Position numbers and translations under genes: made by a program. DNA of 58,734 bases. It comes from Gammaproteobacteria bacterium (GTDB lineage: Bacteria > Pseudomonadota > Gammaproteobacteria > Steroidobacterales > PWYM01). The notes under the pieces were generated by a model that searched no databases, was not told where the DNA came from, and worked only from the letters and a program-made list of their open reading frames with translations. Where the stretch lies: positions 1 through 58,734 of the forward strand of contig JAFIFN010000005.1 of the NCBI GenBank assembly GCA_020832005.1, in the 5' to 3' direction. The number at the start of each line of letters is the position of its first letter. The stretch's first letter is position 1. This document shows positions 17,473 through 26,030 of the stretch, piece by piece.

Positions 17473-19671
17473 ATGAGCTATCGCTTGGGAGTAGACGTAG
17501 GGGGAACATTCACGGACCTTCTATTGGTGAATGAAAAATCCGGGGACACGTTCACGGCCAAGGTGCCGAGCACACCTCAGGATTCGTCGATCGGCGTGCT
17601 GAACGGGATCGCAAAAGTATGCAATAACGCCGGCATTGATCCGACCGAAATTACCCACGTGATGCATGGCACCACTGTGGCCACGAACACCATGCTCGAG
17701 GGCAACGGCGCCACCGTCGGGCTGGTGACGACCAAGGGCTATCGCCAGGTGCTGCAGATCGCCCGCTCCTATGTGCCGGGCGGCCTTGGTGGCTGGGTCA
17801 TCTACAACAAGAGCAATCCGATTGCTCCGCTGGCGCTCACAATCGAGGCTGAGGAGCGCATGAGCGCCAAGGGCGAAGTCGTGCGCAAGCTCGACGAAGC
17901 CAAGATCGAGGCTGAGTTGATCCGGCTGCGCGACAAGGGCATCGAGGCGCTCACGGTTTCCCTGATCAATTCCTACGCCAATCCGGCGAATGAAAAGAAG
18001 ATCAAACGCATTGCCACCCGGGTGATGCCGGGCATACCGGTGTCATTGTCCTCCGAGGTCGTCCCGGAGATGCAGGAATACGAGCGTACCGTCACCACGG
18101 TGGCCAATTCCTTCGTGCGCCCCAAGGTACAGACCTATATTCGTAACCTGCATCGCGAGCTCACCCGAAAGATGAAGAACGTGCAGCTGCACGTCCTGCG
18201 CTCCGACGGCGGACTGGCAGCGGCAAAAGCTGCCGAGGAAATGCCGGTCAACCTGCTCATGAGCGGCCCGGCGGGCGGCGTTGCAGGGGCCATCTGGGTG
18301 GCCAACCAGGCAGGCTTCCCGAACCTGCTTACCTTCGACATGGGTGGCACGTCCACCGATGTGTGCCTGGTCCAGGACGGCAAGGCGCAACTGCGTCGCG
18401 AGACCACCGTGGGCGATGTGACCGTGCGTGCGTCATCTGTCGACGTTCGCACCGTCGGTGCCGGTGGTGGCTCGATCGCCAAGGTGCCGGAGCTGACCAA
18501 GGCCTTGCGCGTGGGACCGGAGAGCGCGGGTGCAGCACCCGGGCCGGCAGCCTACGACTTGGGCGGCGAGGCTCCCACGGTCACCGACGCGAACGTCACG
18601 CTGGGCTACCTGCCCGCGGAAGTGCGTCTTGGCGGCGATATGACCATTCGCAAGGACCTGGCTGAAAAAGCCGTGAAGAGCATTGCCGATGCATTGGACC
18701 TTACGGTTCACGAAGCCGCATCCGGCATCGTTGATATCGTCAACGAGAACATGTTCGGCGCGCTGCGTCTGGTGTCGGTCGAGCAGGGCCATGATCCACG
18801 CGATTTCGCATTGATTGCCTTTGGTGGTGCAGGACCACTGCATGCCAATGCGCTCGGTCGGCTGATGGGCTCCTGGCCGGTGATCATCCCGCCCGGTCCG
18901 GGCGTGCTGTGCGCCTATGGCGATGCCACCACGCGTGTCCGCGATGAGGCTTCGCGTACTTTCATCCGCAAGTTCACTGATACCAGCGTCGACGAGGTGG
19001 TCAAGACCTTCGAGGACCTGGCCGACACGGCCGCAAAGACCCTCGACAATGAAGGCGTTGCCCGCAAGGATCAGTCGGTCAGCTACCAGGTGGATGTGCG
19101 CTATCACGGGCAGGGTCTGCAGCTGACGGTCGATGTCGACCTCAAGCAGTTGCGCAAGAAGGGTCTGGATGCGATCGGTGGGCCATTCGACGAGATGCAT
19201 CGCCAGCTGTTTACCTTTGCGCTGGAGCTGGACAAGGAAGTCGTCAACCTGCGCGCCGTCCTGCAAGGCAAGCCCACCAAGGTCAAGGCACCGGAGCTCA
19301 AGCGCGGCGGTCCGGATCCCAAGGCGGCTGTCGTCGCCGAACACAAGATTTACGCCGACGGCAAGATGCGCAAGGCAAAGATCTACGACCGGGCAAAGCT
19401 CAAGGCGGGCAACAAGGTGGCCGGTCCGGCGGTGGTCATGGAAATGGACTCCACCACGGTTATCCTGCCTGGCCATACGGGCAGTGTGGATCGCTTCGGC
19501 AACATCCTGATCAATCCGGACAAGGGTGGCAGCAGCGCCAAGACCCGGCAGGCAACCGCGACCAAGCCGGTCAAGAAAGTCACCAAGGCGAGCGCCAAGA
19601 CTGCTGCAGGGAAAGGAAAGAAAAAGGCGACAAAAAAGAAGAAGGCAGTGAGGAAACGGGCCGCGGCCTGA
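17473..19671 (+). CDS. hyuA: hydantoinase/oxoprolinase family A subunit with unusual Lys-rich C-terminal tail
   Basis: MSYRLGVDVGGTFTDLLLV is the ASKHA-fold N-terminus of HyuA/N-methylhydantoinase A/acetone carboxylase beta, and DMGGTSTDV is the second phosphate motif. The last 49 aa are KGGSSAKTRQATATKPVKKVTKASAKTAAGKGKKKATKKKKAVRKRAAA. Confidence 0.9.
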   Translation: MSYRLGVDVGGTFTDLLLVNEKSGDTFTAKVPSTPQDSSIGVLNGIAKVCNNAGIDPTEITHVMHGTTVATNTMLEGNGATVGLVTTKGYRQVLQIARSYVPGGLGGWVIYNKSNPIAPLALTIEAEERMSAKGEVVRKLDEAKIEAELIRLRDKGIEALTVSLINSYANPANEKKIKRIATRVMPGIPVSLSSEVVPEMQEYERTVTTVANSFVRPKVQTYIRNLHRELTRKMKNVQLHVLRSDGGLAAAKAAEEMPVNLLMSGPAGGVAGAIWVANQAGFPNLLTFDMGGTSTDVCLVQDGKAQLRRETTVGDVTVRASSVDVRTVGAGGGSIAKVPELTKALRVGPESAGAAPGPAAYDLGGEAPTVTDANVTLGYLPAEVRLGGDMTIRKDLAEKAVKSIADALDLTVHEAASGIVDIVNENMFGALRLVSVEQGHDPRDFALIAFGGAGPLHANALGRLMGSWPVIIPPGPGVLCAYGDATTRVRDEASRTFIRKFTDTSVDEVVKTFEDLADTAAKTLDNEGVARKDQSVSYQVDVRYHGQGLQLTVDVDLKQLRKKGLDAIGGPFDEMHRQLFTFALELDKEVVNLRAVLQGKPTKVKAPELKRGGPDPKAAVVAEHKIYADGKMRKAKIYDRAKLKAGNKVAGPAVVMEMDSTTVILPGHTGSVDRFGNILINPDKGGSSAKTRQATATKPVKKVTKASAKTAAGKGKKKATKKKKAVRKRAAA

Positions 19672-19737
19672 CGCCAGTGACGGTCGCGCTTATGAATGGC
19701 GCGAGACACCTTTTCGAATTTTGCAGAGAGTACCGAC

Positions 19738-21645
19738 ATGCCAGCAACCATCATTGAGACGAACAAAAAGGCCTTCAAGCGCAAGAAGGTCGACCCGATT
19801 ACCCTCGACATTGTTGAAAACGCCATGCTCAACGCGCGTCATGAAATGGATGCCGTGCTGTTCCGCACCGCGATGTCCCCGGGCATCCGCGAGCAGGGTG
19901 ACGCGTTTCCAATGATCGCGAACCGTGACGGCAAGATGGTCGTCGGCCAGTTTGGCTCGTTCATTCATGGCTTCCTGAAGGGATTCGACGAGACCATCGA
20001 GGAAGGCGACGTATTCCTCACTTCAGACCCGTACTCGGCCAACGGCGCGATCAGCCACGCCAACGACTGGCTGTTGCTCAAGCCGATCTTCAAGGATGGC
20101 CGCATCATTGCCTGGGCCGCGATGTTCGGGCATATGACCGATATCGGCGGCAAGGTGCCGGGCAGCCTGCCCACGGATGCACGGCAGATTTTTGAGGAAG
20201 GCGTGGTGATCCCGCCGCTGAAAATCTATCGCAAGGGCGAATTGCAGCAAGATGTACTCAAGCTCATATTGCATAACTGCCGCCTGCCGCACTGGAACCT
20301 GAGCGACTTCAACGCCATCGTGGCGGCTATCCGTACGGCAGAGAAGCGTTGCGTCGAGCTCGCGAAACGCTTTGGTGATGATGTCTACTATTCGGCGCTG
20401 GAAGAGCTGCTTGATCGCAACTACCGCGCAATGCGCAAGCTTATCCAGACCTCCGTGCCGGAGACCAAGCAGTATTTCGAAGACTACATCTGCGACGACG
20501 GGATGGGCATGGGGCCCTACAAGATCCGGTGTGCGATGTGGCGCGAGGGCGAGAAAGTCATCTTCGACTTTGCCGGCACCGATCCCCAATCCGTCGGCCC
20601 CGTGAACTTCTTCCTCAACGAGGAGATGTTCAAGATGTTCTGTGGCGTCTACATGATCATGGTGTTCGACCCTCAGATCATGTTCAACGACGGCTTTTAC
20701 GACCTGATGGAGGTTCGTATTCCCGAGGGCACGCTGCTCAAGCCCAAGAAGCCCGCAGCGCTCTCGTGTCGGACCCACGCGCTGGGCCGTATCTTCGATG
20801 TTCTTGGTGGCCTGCTCGGCCAGGGCAGTCCGGATTTCCTGTGTGCAGCCGGATTCTCCGACAGCCCTCACTTCATGTATTCCGGCTACGACAAGCGTGG
20901 CGAGTGGTATCAGCTCTACCAGATCGGTTTTGGCGGTGTGCCGGGCAAGCCCTCGGGCGATGGTCCGGATGGACATTCGCTTTGGCCGAGTTTTACCAAT
21001 GTGCCCAACGAGTTTCTCGAGAGCTACTTCCCATTGCGTATCGAGGTCTACGAGACCATCGCCGATAGTGGCGGGCCCGGTCTCCACCGCGGCGGAAACG
21101 CTCTTCGGGTAGGCTACTGTTTCCTCGAACCCGGTGAGATCTCGATCCATGATGACCGCTGGTTGACCTACCCCTGGGGCGTCACCGGCGGCCTGCCGGG
21201 TCAGCGCAGCACGAAGCTGCTGGTGCGCGCTGACGGCTCGCAGGAACTCATGCCCTCGAAGTGCGATCGCGTCGTCGTCAACAGCGGGGATATCCTCTAC
21301 TTCGACACCTGGGGTGGCGGCGGTTGGGGTGATCCGCTGAAGCGGCCGGTCGAGCGCGTCGAGTTCGACGTCGAAGCCGGTCTGGTGACCCATGAGGGTG
21401 CAAGGCGCTACGGCGTCGTACTCGACAAGGACGGCAAGACCGACCAGGCGGCCACCAAGGAGCTGCGTGCCAAGATGGCAAAAGAGCGTGGCAAGACCAA
21501 GCTGTTCGACTACGGCGGTACGATCGAAGAGCTCAAGGCCCGCTGCAAGGCCGAGACAGGGCTGGAGCCACCGGCCGCGCCGGAGTTCCCGCGCTGGCTG
21601 AAGGCCGCAGGCCAGGCTGCGCCAAAGATGAAGCTGGCAAGCTAG
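19738..21645 (+). CDS. hyuB: hydantoinase B/oxoprolinase family subunit
   Basis: DPITLDIVENAMLNARHEMDAVLFRTAMSPGIREQGDAF is the typical HyuB N-terminus. Start moved to the ATG at 19738 (M15 of the track ORF). Confidence 0.9.
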   Translation: MPATIIETNKKAFKRKKVDPITLDIVENAMLNARHEMDAVLFRTAMSPGIREQGDAFPMIANRDGKMVVGQFGSFIHGFLKGFDETIEEGDVFLTSDPYSANGAISHANDWLLLKPIFKDGRIIAWAAMFGHMTDIGGKVPGSLPTDARQIFEEGVVIPPLKIYRKGELQQDVLKLILHNCRLPHWNLSDFNAIVAAIRTAEKRCVELAKRFGDDVYYSALEELLDRNYRAMRKLIQTSVPETKQYFEDYICDDGMGMGPYKIRCAMWREGEKVIFDFAGTDPQSVGPVNFFLNEEMFKMFCGVYMIMVFDPQIMFNDGFYDLMEVRIPEGTLLKPKKPAALSCRTHALGRIFDVLGGLLGQGSPDFLCAAGFSDSPHFMYSGYDKRGEWYQLYQIGFGGVPGKPSGDGPDGHSLWPSFTNVPNEFLESYFPLRIEVYETIADSGGPGLHRGGNALRVGYCFLEPGEISIHDDRWLTYPWGVTGGLPGQRSTKLLVRADGSQELMPSKCDRVVVNSGDILYFDTWGGGGWGDPLKRPVERVEFDVEAGLVTHEGARRYGVVLDKDGKTDQAATKELRAKMAKERGKTKLFDYGGTIEELKARCKAETGLEPPAAPEFPRWLKAAGQAAPKMKLAS

Positions 21646-21664
21646 GGAGCAACTTGAGGGGGCT

Positions 21665-21699
21665 CCGGGCGGAAGGGCCTGATCGGCACTTCCGCCCGG
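21665..21699. terminator. 11-bp perfect inverted repeat between convergent genes (no T-tract)
   Basis: CCGGGCGGAAG (21665-21675) and CTTCCGCCCGG (21689-21699) with a 13-nt loop, between the hyuB stop (21645) and the stop of the minus-strand membrane gene (21719). Confidence 0.35.
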
Positions 21700-21718
21700 G
21701 GCACAACCCTGAAGTCAT

Positions 21719-22381
21719 TCAGCCCAGGGGCTTGACCGTGCCGAGAAAAGCAGCAAGCAGAAGGGCTACGTACAAGGCAACGACAACGCGGATGGTGGCG
21801 TCGATGCCAGCCGAAATGCGGGCCTCCAGCTGTTCGCTAGTGCCGTGCTCGGCCAGTTCGGCGAAGCCTGCCCCCACGGGCTTGAACGCGTAGTCGATGC
21901 CCAGCGCCAGCAGGCAGATGACACCGTACAGAGCGAGTTTGCCGCTCAACCATGGCGCAGACGCCAGGGCATCAGTCCACATGCCCATTGCACTGGCTGC
22001 AAACATCAATGCCGCCAGCACCATCAGCCAGGTCGATAGAAGTCGGTGCAGCAGCGGCGATGCCGCGGGATTGCGTGCCAGCACCAGCACCAGGGCAAGC
22101 CACAGGCCCGCTACGACCCAGGTGATGGCCGGGAGCAGGGCGGAGGGATGAAGCAGACCCAGGTTCCAGGCCAGCTGCACCCCGACCGGCAGCATCAGGA
22201 CGAATGCGATGCGCGGTGTGAAGTCGATCTTCATTGCCATTTCGAGCAGCAGACTGCGCTGCGGAAAGCCAAGTGCCGGATCTTTCGCCCGTCGTGCCAG
22301 CACGAAGACGCCAAGATCGGCACCGAGCCAGTAGACGAACAGCAGGATGTGTATGAAAACCCAGAACTCGTGACTTTGCAT
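21719..22381 (-). CDS. uncharacterised six-TM membrane protein, paralog 1 of 3 in this window
   Basis: MQSHEFWVFIHILLFVYWLGADLGVF...DFTPRIAFVLMLPVGV...PWLSGKLALYG...FLGTVKPLG. Start moved to M14 (ATG 22381). Clearly homologous to 33338..34009 and 49295..49966. Confidence 0.75.
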   Translation of the reverse strand: MQSHEFWVFIHILLFVYWLGADLGVFVLARRAKDPALGFPQRSLLLEMAMKIDFTPRIAFVLMLPVGVQLAWNLGLLHPSALLPAITWVVAGLWLALVLVLARNPAASPLLHRLLSTWLMVLAALMFAASAMGMWTDALASAPWLSGKLALYGVICLLALGIDYAFKPVGAGFAELAEHGTSEQLEARISAGIDATIRVVVALYVALLLAAFLGTVKPLG

Positions 22382-22410
22382 GGTGCGGACTTCCCTTTCG
22401 ATGTGCGCGC

Positions 22411-23109
22411 ATGTTTCCACACTTACCAGCGAGAGCTCAAGTGAAAGCCGTCGAGAAAGCTTATAACGCCGTGCGACGCGGCATCCTGGGCGGCCGGTTT
22501 GCTGCGGGCAGCCGGCTGACCGAACACGAGGTGTCAGCGCTGGCCGGCGTCAGCCGCACGCCGGTGCGCGAGGCCCTGAGACGCTTGCAGAGCGAAGGTT
22601 TGCTGGAGTTCGTTCCCAATCACGGGGCCGTGGTTGCAAACTGGAATGAAGCGGAGGTCGACGATATTTTCGAGCTTCGTGCCATGCTCGAAGCCTATGC
22701 CGTGGAACGCGCCACACGCCATGCCAGCGAGGCCGACCTTCGCGAACTGCATGAACTGGCCGAGGCGCAGCTGCAGGCAGCACGCGCAAGCGGAGACAAA
22801 AAACTCGAGGACATCGCCGAGCTCAACAGTCGTTTTCACGAGCGCTTGCAGAAGGCTGCAAACAGTGAACGTTTGCAACGTATGCTGGTGGCATTGATTG
22901 AGGTGCCCCTGGTTGCGCAGACGTTTCGAAAATACACTGACGAACAGCTGCTGCGAAGTTCACAGCACCACCTGGAAATCGTGCTGGCGATGGAAGCAGG
23001 CGATGCAGACGGCGCAGCCTCGATCATGCGTGCGCATGTGCTGGCTGCGCGCACGGCTTTCTACCGGGCTACCGGCCGGGAGAGTCCTCCCCGCGCGGCA
23101 GCATCCTGA
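22411..23109 (+). CDS. GntR-family transcriptional regulator, FadR subfamily (FCD domain)
   Basis: The winged HTH is RLTEHEVSALAGVSRTPVREALRRLQSEGLLEF. The all-helical C-terminal FCD-like domain includes DIFELRAMLEAYAVERA...FHERLQKAANSERL...HHLEIVLAM. The true start may be the GTG at 22441 (GAGAG upstream). Confidence 0.85.
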   Translation: MFPHLPARAQVKAVEKAYNAVRRGILGGRFAAGSRLTEHEVSALAGVSRTPVREALRRLQSEGLLEFVPNHGAVVANWNEAEVDDIFELRAMLEAYAVERATRHASEADLRELHELAEAQLQAARASGDKKLEDIAELNSRFHERLQKAANSERLQRMLVALIEVPLVAQTFRKYTDEQLLRSSQHHLEIVLAMEAGDADGAASIMRAHVLAARTAFYRATGRESPPRAAAS

Positions 23110-23118
23110 ATCCGCAGA

Positions 23119-23928
23119 TCAGCGCACCGCAGCCGGCTGGGTGCTGGCGTACTCGGCACGCTGGCGGGCGAATTCACCACCAATCTGTTCTGCAGCACGT
23201 CGCATCCTGGGCACGAACCGCTCAACTGCGGCGGCCTGGGGCAATGCAGTACTGGAAAAGCGCACTGTCAGTGCGGCCATCAGTCTGCCTTCAGAGCTGA
23301 TGGGCACCGAAAACGTCGTCAAGTCAGAGACCCGGCGGGGCCTGGTATGGATCGCAAAGCCACGCTCGCGGGTTTCGAGCAGCATTTTCTGAACCTGGAC
23401 ACGGTTGCGGGCCAGCTGGTCTGCGACATTCTTCGAACGGGCCAGCATGTCGATCAGGGCCTCGCGCTGGGTCTTGTCGCAAAAGGCGAGATACGCCATG
23501 CCAGAGGCGCTGGCAAGCATTGGCACACGATAGCCCGGACCATAGCGCTCGACCGCCAACGGGCTCTGGTGGTCTGTGGTCTCGCGCACCAGCATGCTGG
23601 TACCCGAGAGCGTGGCGATGGACACCGGCCAGACGATCTCGCGACACAGCTCATAGATGAACGGCTTGGCGGTCTGGGTGATCCAGGCCTCGTCGTCGAA
23701 GCCATCCGACAGGCCTCGGACCATGATGGTGAGCCGATACTTGTCATCGCTCTCGGACCGATAGGCATAGCCGGCATGGCACAGGGTCTCGAGGATGCGA
23801 TAGGTGGTGGTGCGCGGCAGGTCGATCTCGTGGGCAACCTCCGAGACCGTGACGCCGTCCTTCAGATTGAGAATGGTCAGGGCGTCCAGCCCACGGATGA
23901 GGGCTCGGATGGGGCGGGTTGAAGTCAT
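23119..23928 (-). CDS. IclR-family transcriptional regulator
   Basis: MTSTRPIRALIRGLDALTILNLKDGVTVSEVAHEIDLPRTTTYRILETLCHAGY (IclR HTH) plus an effector domain. Track ORF 23119..24597 is an artificial upstream extension that overlaps the flavin reductase gene. Confidence 0.85.
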   Translation of the reverse strand: MTSTRPIRALIRGLDALTILNLKDGVTVSEVAHEIDLPRTTTYRILETLCHAGYAYRSESDDKYRLTIMVRGLSDGFDDEAWITQTAKPFIYELCREIVWPVSIATLSGTSMLVRETTDHQSPLAVERYGPGYRVPMLASASGMAYLAFCDKTQREALIDMLARSKNVADQLARNRVQVQKMLLETRERGFAIHTRPRRVSDLTTFSVPISSEGRLMAALTVRFSSTALPQAAAVERFVPRMRRAAEQIGGEFARQRAEYASTQPAAVR

Positions 23929-24072
23929 GGTAGACGTATTCCTGTCAAAGTCTGGAACCGGACTCACGTGTCTCAGCACATCACAGCCGGGCGAAAATGT
24001 CCACAGGGTGAACAGTGACGCGCGCCCGTGCAGCGCCTGATGGATCGTTGTACGATCTGAGCGCGAAATTGG

Positions 24073-24639
24073 ATGTCCGATCGGCCTGGCCAGGGAGTAG
24101 AGACCATTTCTGTTGCAGACGCCACACAGCCGCTGCTGATGCCTGTCCAGCCCGATATCGAGGCGACCCGTGCCCTGCGCGCAGGTCTGGGCGCTTTCGC
24201 CACGGGCGTGACAATCGTCACGGCTTTTGATGCCGACCAGCCGGTCGGGATCACCGTCAACTCCTTTGCCTCGGTGTCGCTTGATCCGCCCCTGATCCTG
24301 TGGAGTATCGCGCGTGCGGCCACCTGCGCGCCTGCGTTTGCCCCTGGCCGACGTTTTTGCGTACATGTACTGGGCGCCGCCCAGGAATCGCTGGCACGAC
24401 GATTTGCCCGCACTGGCGGAGACAAGTTTGCCGACCTGGAATGGACGTCCAGTACTCATGGCACGCCGCTGCTGCCAGGTTGTATCGCAGAGTTTCACTG
24501 CAGCGTCACCGCCTGCCATGCCGGCGGAGATCACACCATCATTATCGGACGCGTCCATGCATGGCTGGCGCGAGAAGGCCCTGCGCTGCTTTTTCACCGT
24601 GGCCAGTTTCTCGCCCTGCCGAGCCTGGGGTCGGTCTAG
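24073..24639 (+). CDS. flavin reductase (HpaC/NADH:FMN oxidoreductase-like) domain protein
   Basis: LRAGLGAFATGVTIVTA...GITVNSFASVSLDPPLILWSI...GDHTIIIGRV are typical flavin-reductase-like blocks. The start could instead be M23. Confidence 0.8.
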   Translation: MSDRPGQGVETISVADATQPLLMPVQPDIEATRALRAGLGAFATGVTIVTAFDADQPVGITVNSFASVSLDPPLILWSIARAATCAPAFAPGRRFCVHVLGAAQESLARRFARTGGDKFADLEWTSSTHGTPLLPGCIAEFHCSVTACHAGGDHTIIIGRVHAWLAREGPALLFHRGQFLALPSLGSV

Positions 24640-25214
24640 CGAGACATCGCGTGATACTCAGGGTTCGGCTGCATGCCGATCGCCGAGGCCATCCGATTGC
24701 TCATATTGAAGAATGCGGTCACGGCAGCGACGTCCCAGAGTTCTCGTTCACTCAGACCCGCCGCCCGCAGGGCCTCGCGTTCGGCCTCACCGACCGCCTC
24801 CGGCGAGACGGTAAGTTGCCAGGCGAATTCAAGCATGCGGCGCTGGCGCGTCGTAAGCACTGCGGCGCGGAAGTTCATGACGAGTGCCTCGCCCAGAGAC
24901 GGATCTCCTGACAGGTGACGCACGGCCTGGCCGTGTGCCGTCAGGCAGTAATGGCACCGATTCGCGGCAGATACGACGACCGCAATCATCTCGCGCTCCA
25001 GTTTATCCAGGCCGGACTCACCAAGCATGAGCTCGTTGTAGAACTCCATGAAACAGCGCAGTTTCTGCTCATCAAAGCTGTAGCTTCGCAGCACGTTCGG
25101 CACCATGCCAAGTTTCTCTGAGCACTTGGCGAAGTAGGCCTGGATATCCTCAGGCAAGGCGGCATCCTCGGGCACGGGGAGATCGAGTTCATGGATACGC
25201 TGGGTTGGATTCAT
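24636..25214 (-). CDS. carboxymuconolactone decarboxylase / AhpD-like peroxidase-related protein
   Basis: 192 aa with AANRCHYCLTAHG (the CxxC motif of the AhpD-like fold). Confidence 0.75.
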   Translation of the reverse strand: MNPTQRIHELDLPVPEDAALPEDIQAYFAKCSEKLGMVPNVLRSYSFDEQKLRCFMEFYNELMLGESGLDKLEREMIAVVVSAANRCHYCLTAHGQAVRHLSGDPSLGEALVMNFRAAVLTTRQRRMLEFAWQLTVSPEAVGEAEREALRAAGLSERELWDVAAVTAFFNMSNRMASAIGMQPNPEYHAMSR

Positions 25215-25316
25215 ACCGGGCCTCTTATGAGCGTAGACGTTGTAACATCAAGTCTACCGCAGGATTCTGCCGTCGGGCGCAAGCGCGCGTGATCGATAAT
25301 TGACCAGAAGAAGCCG

Positions 25317-26030
25317 ATGCCAACAGTACTTGTAACCGGGGCGAACAGAGGGCTGGGACTGGAATTCGTTCGCCAGTATCTTGCTGATGGCTGGCAGGTC
25401 ATTGCCTGTTGCAGGCGGCGTTCAGAACAACTCGATGCCCTGCATCAGGCCAGTGCCGGCGCGCTCGTGATCGATGAGTTTGCCCTGAATGACACGGCAG
25501 CGCTCGAGGCGTTCGCCGAACGTCTGGGCGCGCGGCCGGTCGATGTCCTGATCAACAATGCAGGCACCATGGGGCGCGGCAGTTTCGCAACGCAGGGCCT
25601 TGAGCCTTTTCGGTTCGGCAGCGCACGGGCAGAAGACTGGGCAGCGGTTTTTCATCTGAATGTATTCGTACCGATGAAGCTGTCCGAGTTGCTGGTTGAC
25701 AATGTTGCCGCCAGCGAGATGCGCCGGATCGTAACCTTGACGAGCATGCTGGGCTCGATTGCAACGAATACCGTAGGTGGCCTCTACGCCTACCGGGCGA
25801 GCAAAGCAGCCGTGAACGCGATGATGCGCTCAATGGCGATTGATCTGGCCGAGCGCGGCATCATCGCCATCCCGCTGCACCCTGGCTGGGTGAGAACGGA
25901 TCTTGGCGGCCAGAAAGCCCAGCTCGACGCGCGGGCGTCCGTTTCCGGCATGCGCCAGGTCATCGCCACACTGACACCGGCACAGGCCGGTTGCTTCCTG
26001 ACCTATAGCGGAGAGACGCTGCCATGGTGA
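25317..26030 (+). CDS. short-chain dehydrogenase/reductase (C-factor-like SDR)
   Basis: MPTVLVTGANRGLGLEFVRQYL (TGxxxGxG) and YRASKAAVN (YxxxK). Confidence 0.85.
   Translation: MPTVLVTGANRGLGLEFVRQYLADGWQVIACCRRRSEQLDALHQASAGALVIDEFALNDTAALEAFAERLGARPVDVLINNAGTMGRGSFATQGLEPFRFGSARAEDWAAVFHLNVFVPMKLSELLVDNVAASEMRRIVTLTSMLGSIATNTVGGLYAYRASKAAVNAMMRSMAIDLAERGIIAIPLHPGWVRTDLGGQKAQLDARASVSGMRQVIATLTPAQAGCFLTYSGETLPW

Noticed and set aside
18433-21393. Long minus-strand ORFs (18433..19476, 20023..21393) opposite hyuA and hyuB
   Set aside because: Antisense shadows. The + strand proteins are full-length hydantoinase A and B homologs.
23929-24597. N-terminal 223 aa of track ORF 23119..24597
   Set aside because: IclR homology begins at MTSTRPIRAL (ATG 23928). 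The upstream part overlaps the well-supported flavin reductase gene on the other strand and is Arg/Gly-rich.
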